Below, piece after piece: positions 49,700-59,031 of a stretch of DNA of 64,000 bases. Position 1 is the first letter of the stretch; every line of letters begins with the position of its first letter. The notes beneath the pieces are model-generated. The model made no database searches, was not told the DNA's origin, and saw only the letters and a list, made by a program, of their open reading frames with translations. The stretch is from Gemmatimonadaceae bacterium (lineage in GTDB: Bacteria > Gemmatimonadota > Gemmatimonadetes > Gemmatimonadales > Gemmatimonadaceae): positions 29,572 to 93,571 of the forward strand of contig JBBDYC010000006.1 in the NCBI GenBank assembly GCA_040901985.1. Reading direction: 5' to 3'. The translations under genes and the position numbers were made by a program.

Positions 49700-51079
49700 T
49701 CAGTGCGCCGTGGCGCCGACCGAGACGCCCTGCGTGGCCAGCCATCCCTCGACCTCGGCGCGGAGCTCCGCGAGCCGCGGCGCGCTGTCGGCCTCGAAGC
49801 GCAGCACGAGGATCGGCTGCGTGTTGGAGCTCCGGATCAGTCCCCAGCCGCCGTCGAAGAGGATCCGCACGCCGTCCACGTCGCTGACCTGGTACCGCGA
49901 CCGGAAATGCGCCAGGGCGTCCCGGACGATCGCTTCCTTGCGATCATCGGGGCAATCCACCCGCATCTCCGGTGTCGAGACGAACCGCGGTACGTCGGCG
50001 AGGAGTTCCTTCACCGTCCGTTCGGCGTCGGCGACGATGCGGAGAAGTCGCGCCGCCGCGTAGAGCGCGTCGTCGTGGCCGTAGAAGCCCTCGGTGAAGA
50101 ACATATGGCCCGACATCTCGCCGGCGAGCGGCGCCCCCAGCTCCTTCATCTTCTCCTTGATCAACGAGTGTCCGGTCTTCCACATCACCGGGACCCCACC
50201 CGCCTTGGCAATCGCGTCGGGCAGCGCCTGCGAGCACTTGACGTCGAAGATGATGGATTGCCCCGCGCCGGTGCGCGCCAGCACGTCGCGCGCATAGACG
50301 AGGAGGAGGTAGTCGCCCCAGATGATGGTGCCGTCGCCGTCCACGATGCCGATCCGGTCGGCGTCGCCGTCGAATCCGATGCCGAGCTGGCTCCCCGACG
50401 CGCGCACCGCGCGGATGAGATCCTGGAGATTCTCCGTTACGGTCGGATCGGGGTGATGGTTCGGGAACGACCCGTCGCTCTCGGCAAACAGCCAGGTCGG
50501 CGTGACGCCGAGCGCCTTGAAGAGCGACGGCGCGGCCACCGCGCCGACGCCGTTGCCGCAGTCAATCACCACCTTGAGGTCGCGCGGGAGCGGGCCGATC
50601 CGCTGCACGATGTCGGCGACGTAGCGGTCGAGGAGATCCTCGTGGCGCGCGCGGCCGGCGCCGCTGGGGAACCGGCCCTCCTCGATGATCGCCCGCAGCC
50701 GCTGGATTCCCTCGCCGTGCAACGACCCGTGGCCGATGCAGCACTTGAAGCCGTTGTATTCCGGCGGGTTGTGCGACCCCGTGACCTGGATTCCCGCCAC
50801 CACCGGGAGGTGGTGGAGCGTCCAGTAGAGGAGCGGCGTCGGCACGATGCCGATGTCCACGACGTCGAGGCCGCTCGCGGTGAGGCCGCGCACGAGCGCG
50901 TCGCGAAGGGCAACGCCGCTCGCGCGGTTGTCGCGCCCGACCGCGACGGCGCCGGCGACCCCGCGCTCGGCGAGGATGACCGCGTACGCGCGCCCGATCG
51001 CCTCGGCGGCCTCGACCGTCAGGTCGACGCCGACCACGCCGCGGATGTCGTACTGCCGGAAGATGCCCGCGGCAATCAT
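49700..51079 (-). CDS. phosphomannomutase/phosphoglucomutase
   Basis: IFRQYDIRG, TGSHNPPEYNG, FDGDADR, GEMSGH and RSSNTQP. Confidence 0.95.
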   Translation of the reverse strand: MIAAGIFRQYDIRGVVGVDLTVEAAEAIGRAYAVILAERGVAGAVAVGRDNRASGVALRDALVRGLTASGLDVVDIGIVPTPLLYWTLHHLPVVAGIQVTGSHNPPEYNGFKCCIGHGSLHGEGIQRLRAIIEEGRFPSGAGRARHEDLLDRYVADIVQRIGPLPRDLKVVIDCGNGVGAVAAPSLFKALGVTPTWLFAESDGSFPNHHPDPTVTENLQDLIRAVRASGSQLGIGFDGDADRIGIVDGDGTIIWGDYLLLVYARDVLARTGAGQSIIFDVKCSQALPDAIAKAGGVPVMWKTGHSLIKEKMKELGAPLAGEMSGHMFFTEGFYGHDDALYAAARLLRIVADAERTVKELLADVPRFVSTPEMRVDCPDDRKEAIVRDALAHFRSRYQVSDVDGVRILFDGGWGLIRSSNTQPILVLRFEADSAPRLAELRAEVEGWLATQGVSVGATAH

Positions 51080-51080
51080 G

Positions 51081-52607
51081 CTACGGGCGGACCTGGGCGC
51101 GCGCCTCCGTGACGACCGGTCGGCCGCGGTACTCCTCAATCGCCCCCGCCTGGCTCCAGCGGGCGAGCGTGCCCGGGAAGAGGCCGAGTCCAAGAATGAT
51201 GACCGTGGTCACGGCGAGCACCGTGCGGGTCAGCGGTCCGGCCGGCAGCGTGTCCGCCGCGCCCTCGGGCCGCCGCTCCATGAACATCACGCGCACGACC
51301 TGGAGGTAGTAGCCCGCCGAGATCACCGAGGTCAGCACCACAATCACCGCAAGTGCGTTGAGGTTGAACACCGAACTGAGCGCGGCCTGGAGGAGGTACC
51401 ACTTGGCAAAGAATCCGACACCGCCGAAGATCGGGAAGCCGAGGAGCGCCAGGAGATACACCGCCATCGCCGTCGCGAGCCAGGGCCGGACGTGCCAGAG
51501 GCCGGCGTAGTCGGCGAGCATTGACGGACGGCCGTCGCGGTCCTCGAGCGTGGAGATCACGGCGAACGCACCGAACGTCGCCAGCGTGTAGGCGACGGCA
51601 TAGAAGATGAACGCCGAGCTGGCGAGCGGCGAATAGGCGAGCACGGCGACGAGCAGGTATCCCGTGTGGGCGATGCTCGAGTAGGCGAGCAGGCGCTTGA
51701 TGTTCCGCTGGGCCAGGGCAACGACGTTGCCGACGACCATCGTGACGACGGCGAGCCACCAGAGGATCGGCGCCCAGTCCTGGGTGGAAAGCTGGAAGCT
51801 CTCGTACCAGATGCGGGCGAACGAGGCAAAGGCGGCCGACTTCACGGCGGCAGCCATGAAGGCGGTAATCGGCGTGGGCGCGCCGTCGTAGACGTCGGGC
51901 GCCCACATATGGAACGGCACCGCCGCCACCTTGAACCCGAAGCCAATCGTCAGGAGGCCAATGCCGACCAGGAGCATTGGGCTCCCGAACACACTGTAGG
52001 CGGCGATCCGCGCGCCGATCTGCCCGAGCTGCGTGGAACCGGTCGCGCCGTAGATCAGCGCGATGCCGTAGAGCAGGAATCCGGTCGCGAAGGCGCCGAG
52101 CAGGAAGTACTTGATCGCGGCCTCGGCGGCGCGCGGGCTGCGGCGGTTGAGGCCGGCCAGCACGTACGCCGCCACCGACATGATCTCGATGCCGAGGAAG
52201 ATGATCATCAGGTCGCGGCCGGCGGCGAGGATCATCATCCCCGCGGCGGCGAAGAGCACGAGCACGTGCATCTCCGCCTGATGGATCCCCTCACGGGCGT
52301 TGTACTCGATCGAGAGCGCGATTGTCCCGAGGGCGGCAAGGAGGATCACGAGGTCCACCGCCCAGCGGAAGCCGTCCACCGCGATCACGCCGCCCTCGGC
52401 GGTGTCCCCGCGCCCAATCATATAGACGACCGCGGCGATCGTCAGCACCACGAGGACCATCGCGTTGATTCCGACGCGCCGCTGGTGCCCGGCCGAGTCG
52501 GGGCGCCAGGCCGCCTGCAGCATCAGCACCATCGCCCCGACCATCAAGACGAGGTCGGGGAAGAGTGCGCCGAGCAACTGCGAGGGGACGAGGAGGTCGA
52601 AGGTCAT
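51081..52607 (-). CDS. nuoN: NADH-quinone oxidoreductase subunit N
   Basis: EAAIKYFLLG, FKVAAVPFHMWAPDVY and KRLLAYSSIAH. Confidence 0.96.
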   Translation of the reverse strand: MTFDLLVPSQLLGALFPDLVLMVGAMVLMLQAAWRPDSAGHQRRVGINAMVLVVLTIAAVVYMIGRGDTAEGGVIAVDGFRWAVDLVILLAALGTIALSIEYNAREGIHQAEMHVLVLFAAAGMMILAAGRDLMIIFLGIEIMSVAAYVLAGLNRRSPRAAEAAIKYFLLGAFATGFLLYGIALIYGATGSTQLGQIGARIAAYSVFGSPMLLVGIGLLTIGFGFKVAAVPFHMWAPDVYDGAPTPITAFMAAAVKSAAFASFARIWYESFQLSTQDWAPILWWLAVVTMVVGNVVALAQRNIKRLLAYSSIAHTGYLLVAVLAYSPLASSAFIFYAVAYTLATFGAFAVISTLEDRDGRPSMLADYAGLWHVRPWLATAMAVYLLALLGFPIFGGVGFFAKWYLLQAALSSVFNLNALAVIVVLTSVISAGYYLQVVRVMFMERRPEGAADTLPAGPLTRTVLAVTTVIILGLGLFPGTLARWSQAGAIEEYRGRPVVTEARAQVRP

Positions 52608-54221
52608 CTAGCGAGCCCCTCCGTTGCCCGCCGGACCACCAGCGTCCGGGCGCGCCGCCGTGCGCGGCGCCGGGCGCGCGGACTCGACAAGGCGCACCAG
52701 CCGCGTCGCCGCCGCCTCGGTCTTGTGAAGGATCGGCTTCGGATAGACGCCGATCCACAGGATGGCGATGACCAGCGGGGTGAGCAATCCAATTTCGCGC
52801 CAGTTGAGGTCCATCCCGCGCAGGGCCTCGTTTTCCGGCTTGACGAGCGGGTTGTAGATGATCCGCTGTACGGCCCAGAGGAGGTACGCCGCGGCAAAGA
52901 TCACGCTCGTCGCCGCGATCAGCGTATGGAAGGGCTGCGTCGGGAACGACCCCACGAGCACGAGGAACTCCCCGATGAAGCCGTTGGTCCCCGGCACGCC
53001 GATGCTCGAGAGCGCGACGATCGTCAGGAAGGCCGCGAAGATCGGCATCACCTTCGCAATCCCGCCGAAGTCGGCGATCATCCGGGTATGGCGGCGTTCG
53101 TAGATCATCCCGACCAGAAGGAAGAGCGCGCCGGTGGAGATCCCGTGGCTGATCGTCACGACGAGCGCGCCCTGCATGCTCTCGACGGTCAGCGCGAAAA
53201 TCCCGAGCATCACGAAGCCGAGGTGACTCACCGAGGAGTAGGCAACGAGCTTCTTGAAGTCCGGCTGGACCAGCGCCACCAGGGCGCCGTAGACGATTCC
53301 GACCACCGCGAGGGCGAGCATCACGCCCCGCACCGTCGGGTGCATCGCCGCCTCGGGGAAGAGCGGCAGGGCGAACCGCACGAAGCCGAAGGTCCCCATC
53401 TTGAGCATGATCGCCGCCAGGATCACCGAGCCGGCGGTCGGCGCCTCGACGTGCGCGTCGGGGAGCCAGGTATGGAACGGGAACATCGGCACCTTCACCG
53501 CGAAGGCGAGCGCAAACGCCGTGAAGAGCCAGAACGAACCGCCAATTCCCCCGCTGCGCGTGAGCTGGAGCAGCGCGTCGTAGCTGAAGTCGGGCACCCC
53601 GCCCTTTGCCGCCGCCAGGCCGAGCCAGAGGATTGCCACCAGCATCAGCAACGACCCGATCATCGTATACAGGAAGAATTTGAGACTCGCATAGAGCCGA
53701 CGTTGTCCGCCCCAGATCCCGATGATCAGGTACATCGGAATCAGCATCACTTCCCACATCACGTAGAAGAACAGCAGGTCGAGCGCCACGAAGACACCGA
53801 GCATTCCCGTCGTGAGGATCAACAGCAGCCCGTAGAAGCTGTGCGTCTTTTCGCGGACCGACGTCCAGCTGCCGAGTACCGCCAATGGCATCAGGCAGGT
53901 AGTCAGGAGGACGAGCATCAGCGAGATGCCGTCGAGGCCCACCGTGAAGCGGGCGCCCCATTGCGGGATCCAGGCCACGTCCACCATCGCCTGCCAGTCG
54001 GGACTCGTCACGTCCACCGACCACCAGAGCCCGAGGGCGAGCACCGCCTCGGCGAGAAAGAACCAGAACGCCGTCAGGCGGCTCGACGCCATTGCCGTGG
54101 CGGCGGAGGCGCCTCCGCGCGATCCAGCCACGAAGAGCACGAGCGCCCCGACGAGCGGGAGCCCCAGGAGCACCGGGATGATCCAGCCGTTATAGCCGAT
54201 CGAGTCGAGGAGCGCGGTCAC
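52608..54221 (-). CDS. nuoM: NADH-quinone oxidoreductase subunit M
   Basis: KVPMFPFHTWLPDAHVEAP and AYSSVSH. Confidence 0.96.
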   Translation of the reverse strand: MTALLDSIGYNGWIIPVLLGLPLVGALVLFVAGSRGGASAATAMASSRLTAFWFFLAEAVLALGLWWSVDVTSPDWQAMVDVAWIPQWGARFTVGLDGISLMLVLLTTCLMPLAVLGSWTSVREKTHSFYGLLLILTTGMLGVFVALDLLFFYVMWEVMLIPMYLIIGIWGGQRRLYASLKFFLYTMIGSLLMLVAILWLGLAAAKGGVPDFSYDALLQLTRSGGIGGSFWLFTAFALAFAVKVPMFPFHTWLPDAHVEAPTAGSVILAAIMLKMGTFGFVRFALPLFPEAAMHPTVRGVMLALAVVGIVYGALVALVQPDFKKLVAYSSVSHLGFVMLGIFALTVESMQGALVVTISHGISTGALFLLVGMIYERRHTRMIADFGGIAKVMPIFAAFLTIVALSSIGVPGTNGFIGEFLVLVGSFPTQPFHTLIAATSVIFAAAYLLWAVQRIIYNPLVKPENEALRGMDLNWREIGLLTPLVIAILWIGVYPKPILHKTEAAATRLVRLVESARPAPRTAARPDAGGPAGNGGAR

Positions 54222-54229
54222 TGGTCAGA

Positions 54230-56425
54230 TCACCGGATGGAGAAGGCGCTCAACAGCGTGACGGCGCCGAGCACGAGGACCCAGGCGTAGGTGCCCACTC
54301 GCCCTGACTGGAGCTGCGAACCGGCCCACCCGAGCGCCCGCGCGAACAGGGCGCTGCCATTCACGAGGAGCCCGTCAATGAGCCCCACATCCACCCCCTT
54401 CCAGAGCAGGGTCTTCGAGACGCCGACCGTCGGCTGGACCACCACCTTGTCGTACGCCTCGTCCACGTACCACTTGTTGAGGAGCGTCTTGGCGATCCCC
54501 TGCTCCGCCGGCGCGTCCTTCGCCGCGACGAGCGCCGCCGGCTTGAGCCTGACCAGCGCGAAGACGATGCCGGCGACGGCGATGAAGACCGCGGTCCCGA
54601 TCAGCGCATACTCGGTGGCGTGCGAGAGGTGGGGCGCCTCGCCGTGGGTCACGATGGCCGCGCCCGTGCCGACCACCGGCTCGAGCCAGTGATGGAGGAG
54701 CTCCGTGGGCCCGAGCACTCCGCCGCTGATCAGCGGAAGGTTGAGCCAGCCGCCGACCAGCGCGAGGACGCCCAGCACCACCAGCGGGCCGGTCATCACC
54801 CAGGGCGCCTCGTTGAGATGCGGCCCCTCCTTCTCGCCGGTCCGGTTGGGCCCGTGGAAGGTGTAGAGCATCATCCGGGTCATATAGATTGCCGTCATCA
54901 GCGCGGCGGCGAGCCCGAGCGCATAGACCCCGTAGAGCACCATCCCCCCGGGAATCCCCAGCCAGGTCGCCTCGGCGAGGGTCGAACCGTGCGTCCGGGC
55001 GAAGACCGCGGTCAGGATCTCGTCCTTCGAGAAGAACCCCGAGAAGACCGGGATGCCGGCGATCGCCAGCGTCGCAATCCACATCAGGACGAAGGTGATC
55101 GGAAGCCGCGCGCGCAGGCCGCCCATGTTGCGCATGTCCTGCGCATCCTCGTGGTTGTGCGTCTGGTGATACGCGTGGTGCATCGCGTAAATCACCGACC
55201 CCGCGCCGAGGAAGAGGAGCGCCTTGAAGAAGGCGTGCGTCATCAGGTGGAAGATCCCCGCCGTGTACGCCCCGACGCCGACCCCCACGAACATGTAGCC
55301 GAGCTGCGACACGGTGGAATACGCGAGGACCTTCTTGATGTCCCACTGCTTGAGGCCGATCGTCGCCGCGAACACCGCCGTCAGCGCACCGATCACGGCC
55401 ACCGTGAGTTGCGCCGTCGGCGCGAGGGCAAAGAGCGTCGCCGTCCGCGCGACGAGATAGACGCCCGCGGTGACCATCGTCGCCGCGTGGATCAACGCCG
55501 AGACGGGAGTCGGGCCCGCCATCGCATCGGGGAGCCAGACGAAGAGCGGGATCTGCGCGCTCTTGCCGGTGGCGCCGAGGAAGAGGAAAAGGCAGATCGC
55601 GGTGGCGACCAGGTTGCCGACCGAGAGCGCCGCGGCGGCGCTTTCGACGCCGCTGAACGTCAGCGTGCCAAAGTTCGCGAACATCAGGAACATCGCGACG
55701 AGAAACCCGAAGTCGCCGATCCGGTTGACGATGAACGCCTTCTTGCCGGCGTCGGCGTTGGCCTTGTCGCTGAACCAGAAGCCGATGAGCAGGTACGAGC
55801 AGAGCCCGACCCCTTCCCACCCAACAAACATCAGCGGGTAGTTGGCGCCGAGCACGAGCAGGAGCATGAAGAAGATGAACAGGTTGAGGTACGCAAAGTA
55901 GCGCGGGTACCCCGGGTCGTCGCGCATGTAGCCGACCGAGAAGACGTGGATCAGCGTCCCGACGCCCGTGATGATGAGCGTCATCAGCATCGAGAGCTGG
56001 TCGAGCTGGAGCGCCACGTCCACGCCCAGCCGTCCGGTGGGCATCCACTGGAACAGCGTCAGCACGAACGGCTCCGCCATCCCGTCGCCGGCGGCGCGCA
56101 TCGCGGCGAAGATCGCGACCGCCACGCCGAAGGTCAGGACCAGGACCCCGGGACCGATGATCGAGACCCAGGTGGCCGAGACGTGCCGTACCGGCTGATG
56201 TGCGTCGTGATCGCCGGCGTGCGCTGCGTCGTGCGCTGCGTCGTGCGCTCCGTGGTGCGCCCCGGCCGACGGGTCCGCCGGGCCCGGCTTCCCCGCCGCC
56301 TTGAGCGACAGCCACCCATTGAGGACGAACCCGAGCAGCGGCAGCACCGGGATCAGCCACGCGAAGCGGGCCACGGTGTCGGCGAGCGGATGCCCGAGGA
56401 ACGGCAGGTCGGCCTGGATGGGCAT
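54230..56425 (-). CDS. nuoL: NADH-quinone oxidoreductase subunit L
   Basis: GKSAQIPLFVWLPDAMAGPTPVSALIHAATMV and HAFFKALLFL. Confidence 0.96.
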   Translation of the reverse strand: MPIQADLPFLGHPLADTVARFAWLIPVLPLLGFVLNGWLSLKAAGKPGPADPSAGAHHGAHDAAHDAAHAGDHDAHQPVRHVSATWVSIIGPGVLVLTFGVAVAIFAAMRAAGDGMAEPFVLTLFQWMPTGRLGVDVALQLDQLSMLMTLIITGVGTLIHVFSVGYMRDDPGYPRYFAYLNLFIFFMLLLVLGANYPLMFVGWEGVGLCSYLLIGFWFSDKANADAGKKAFIVNRIGDFGFLVAMFLMFANFGTLTFSGVESAAAALSVGNLVATAICLFLFLGATGKSAQIPLFVWLPDAMAGPTPVSALIHAATMVTAGVYLVARTATLFALAPTAQLTVAVIGALTAVFAATIGLKQWDIKKVLAYSTVSQLGYMFVGVGVGAYTAGIFHLMTHAFFKALLFLGAGSVIYAMHHAYHQTHNHEDAQDMRNMGGLRARLPITFVLMWIATLAIAGIPVFSGFFSKDEILTAVFARTHGSTLAEATWLGIPGGMVLYGVYALGLAAALMTAIYMTRMMLYTFHGPNRTGEKEGPHLNEAPWVMTGPLVVLGVLALVGGWLNLPLISGGVLGPTELLHHWLEPVVGTGAAIVTHGEAPHLSHATEYALIGTAVFIAVAGIVFALVRLKPAALVAAKDAPAEQGIAKTLLNKWYVDEAYDKVVVQPTVGVSKTLLWKGVDVGLIDGLLVNGSALFARALGWAGSQLQSGRVGTYAWVLVLGAVTLLSAFSIR
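56219..56260 (+). repeat. 12-bp tandem repeat inside nuoL (His-rich insert)
   Basis: GTGCGCTGCGTC twice, then GTGCGCTCCGTG and GTGCGC; encodes AHHG-AHDA-AHDA-AH on the - strand. Confidence 0.8.
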
Positions 56426-56718
56426 CAGCCCTTCAGCAGGTTGATGTCCTGGAGGTCCACCGACTGGCGGTGCCGGAAGATCGCGATGATGATTGCCAGC
56501 CCGACCGCAGCCTCAGCGGCGGCGACCGTGATCACGAAGATGACGAACACCTGCCCGGTGGCGCCGTAGAGCCGGGAGAAGGCGATGAAGGAAAGGTTGA
56601 CCGCGTTCAGCATCAGCTCCACGCACATGAAGATCAGGATCGCGTTGCGTCGAGTGAGCACGCCGACCACGCCGATCGTGAAGAGGAGGGCCGAGAGCGC
56701 GAGGGATTCGGCGATCAT
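56425..56718 (-). CDS. nuoK: NADH-quinone oxidoreductase subunit K
   Basis: [13 protein letters not shown] and [11 protein letters not shown]. Confidence 0.96.
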   Translation of the reverse strand: MIAESLALSALLFTIGVVGVLTRRNAILIFMCVELMLNAVNLSFIAFSRLYGATGQVFVIFVITVAAAEAAVGLAIIIAIFRHRQSVDLQDINLLKG

Positions 56719-56721
56719 CGG

Positions 56722-57267
56722 TCAGGCCCTCTTCTTGCCGATGACGACCGCCCCGACGATCGCGGTCAGCAGCAGGATTGACGTGAGTTCGAACGCGAGG
56801 AGGTACTCGCGGAAGAGCGGCCCGGCGACCGGCGCGATGATCCCGCCGGGACCACCGACGCTCTCCGCCGACGCCGGCACGGGCACCGTGAGGCCGGCCG
56901 GGAATCGCGCGCGCGCGAGCACCATGATCTCGGCCAGCAGCGCGAGGCCGACCCCGCCTGCGGCGAGCCGGCCGGCGTTGCCGCGGATGTCGCTCAGGTC
57001 GCCTGGCTTCCCGAGGTTGAGCAACATCACCACGAACAGGAAGACGACCATGATCGCGCCGGCGTAGACCAGCACCTGGATTGCCCCGATGAACTGCGCA
57101 TCGAGCATCACGTAGAGCGCGGCAAGGCAGAACATCACGTTCACCAGCCAGAGCGCCGCCGCCACCGGGCTCTTCCGCGTCACGAAGATGATCGCCGACG
57201 TGAGCGCGATCAGCCCGAAGAGGTAGAAGTGAAACGAATAGAAGAGCGGAAGGAACTCGTTGTCCAT
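56722..57267 (-). CDS. nuoJ: NADH-quinone oxidoreductase subunit J
   Basis: QVLVYAGAIMVVFLFVVMLL and FELTSILLL. Confidence 0.95.
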   Translation of the reverse strand: MDNEFLPLFYSFHFYLFGLIALTSAIIFVTRKSPVAAALWLVNVMFCLAALYVMLDAQFIGAIQVLVYAGAIMVVFLFVVMLLNLGKPGDLSDIRGNAGRLAAGGVGLALLAEIMVLARARFPAGLTVPVPASAESVGGPGGIIAPVAGPLFREYLLAFELTSILLLTAIVGAVVIGKKRA

Positions 57268-57269
57268 CG

Positions 57270-57767
57270 CTATTCCCCCAGCGGGTCGGCGGGATCCCAG
57301 AGCTCGCTCACCGGGTGCGTCTGCGCGGTCAGCCGCTCGAGGTCGTAGACAAAGCGCTCGCGGTTGAATTCGGAGTTCTCGTAGTGTCGGCCCATATGGA
57401 TCGCCTCCTCCGGGCAGACCTCCTGGCAGTAGCCGCAGAAGATGCAGCGGAACTCGTCAATCTCGAAGACGAGCGGGAACCGGTTCCCCGACTCGTCCTC
57501 GCCGGGCACGAGCTTGATGCAGTTGGCCGGGCAGACGGTCGGACAGAGACCGCAGGCGACGCACTTGGCCTGGCCATCCTCGGTCGTGAGCATCCGGTGC
57601 GTGCCCCGCCAGCGCGGCGAGATGTCCCACCGCTCGTCGGGATACTGGATCGTGACCTTGTGCGGATTGACGAGGTGCCTGAGCGTGAGCCCGAGCCCGC
57701 TGAAGGTCGCGCGCACGTAGCTCACCTCGCCGACCGGCCGCTCCATCACCTTCACGTTGATCGTCAT
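57270..57767 (-). CDS. nuoI: NADH-quinone oxidoreductase subunit I
   Basis: CVACGLCPTVCP and CIFCGYCQEVCP. Confidence 0.96.
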   Translation of the reverse strand: MTINVKVMERPVGEVSYVRATFSGLGLTLRHLVNPHKVTIQYPDERWDISPRWRGTHRMLTTEDGQAKCVACGLCPTVCPANCIKLVPGEDESGNRFPLVFEIDEFRCIFCGYCQEVCPEEAIHMGRHYENSEFNRERFVYDLERLTAQTHPVSELWDPADPLGE

Positions 57768-57768
57768 C

Positions 57769-59031
57769 TCAGCGAATCTCCTCGGGGGACTGCCTGGCGT
57801 GACTGGAAGCGCGCGCGCGGAGGTGGGCCATCCGCTCCGGGTCCAGGCGGCTGTGGGCAGGGCTCACGAGGCGGCCCCGGTCGAGAATCCAGAAGAGAAC
57901 CACGACGAGGACGAGATTCAGGCCGCCCATCGCGTAGCCATACGACGGACCGCGCGGGATGCCGGCCATATCGAGTGCGAGGGTCGCCGAGGCGACAATC
58001 ACGATGTAGGCCAGCGCCACCGGGAGCATCACCTTCCAGCCGAGCGACATCAGCTGGTCGTAGCGAAAGCGCGGCAGGGTCCAGCGCACCCAGATGTAAA
58101 AGAAGACGAAGAAGAGCACCTTGCCGGCGAAGACGCCGAACGTGGCCGCCGACTTCAGCGCCGTAGCCGGCCCGAAGTTGTCCCACTCGGTGAAGGGGAT
58201 GTCCCAGCCGCCGAAGAAGAGCGTCACGAACAGCGCGCTCGCCGTGATCATGTTGGCGTATTCGGAGATCGGGAACATCGAGAACTTCATCGCGCTGTAT
58301 TCACTGTGATAGCCTGCAATCAGCTCGGCCTCCGCCTCGGGCAGGTCAAACGGCAGGCGGTTCGTCTCGGCGAATGCGGCGACCAGGAACAGGACGCCGG
58401 CGACCGAGATGACCACGATGTTCCAGCCGACCAGCACCTGCTGCTCGATGATCGTGTTGAGCGAGACGTTGCCAGCGACCAGAAGCACGCAGACGAGCGC
58501 CATCGCCATCGCGACCTCGTAGCTGACCATCTGCGCCGAGGCCCGCAGGCCGCCCAGCAGCGCGTACTTGTTGTTGGACGCCCAGCCGGCGAGGACGAGC
58601 CCGTACACGCCGAGCGAGGTGATGGCGAGCGTGAACAGAAAGCCGATCGGGAGGTCGGCGACGACGAGGTCCATCAGGCCCCAGCGCGTCGGGAGCGGCG
58701 CGCCGAACGGGATGACCGCCCAGGCGACCATCGCCGGCACGAAGGCGAGCATCGGCGCCAGCACGAACATCGGCTTGTTCACCCCGCCCGGCATCGTCTC
58801 TTCCTTCATCATGTTCTTGACGCCGTCGGCGAGGACCTGGAAAAGCCCCCACGGCCCGACGCGGTTGGGCCCGTGGCGGTCCTGGATCCAGCCCGAGATC
58901 TTCCGCTCCGCGAACGTGGTGTAGGCCACACCCACCATATAGATGCTGAAGATCACCACCATCTTCACGACCGTCGCCACCACGAACGGGAGCGTGGACA
59001 TCGGCAGCTGCGTGGGGTCGAGCGGGGTCAC
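57769..59031 (-). CDS. nuoH: NADH-quinone oxidoreductase subunit H
   Basis: ERKI..IQDRHGPNRVG, AETNRLPFDLPEAE and RFRYDQLM. Confidence 0.96.
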   Translation of the reverse strand: MTPLDPTQLPMSTLPFVVATVVKMVVIFSIYMVGVAYTTFAERKISGWIQDRHGPNRVGPWGLFQVLADGVKNMMKEETMPGGVNKPMFVLAPMLAFVPAMVAWAVIPFGAPLPTRWGLMDLVVADLPIGFLFTLAITSLGVYGLVLAGWASNNKYALLGGLRASAQMVSYEVAMAMALVCVLLVAGNVSLNTIIEQQVLVGWNIVVISVAGVLFLVAAFAETNRLPFDLPEAEAELIAGYHSEYSAMKFSMFPISEYANMITASALFVTLFFGGWDIPFTEWDNFGPATALKSAATFGVFAGKVLFFVFFYIWVRWTLPRFRYDQLMSLGWKVMLPVALAYIVIVASATLALDMAGIPRGPSYGYAMGGLNLVLVVVLFWILDRGRLVSPAHSRLDPERMAHLRARASSHARQSPEEIR

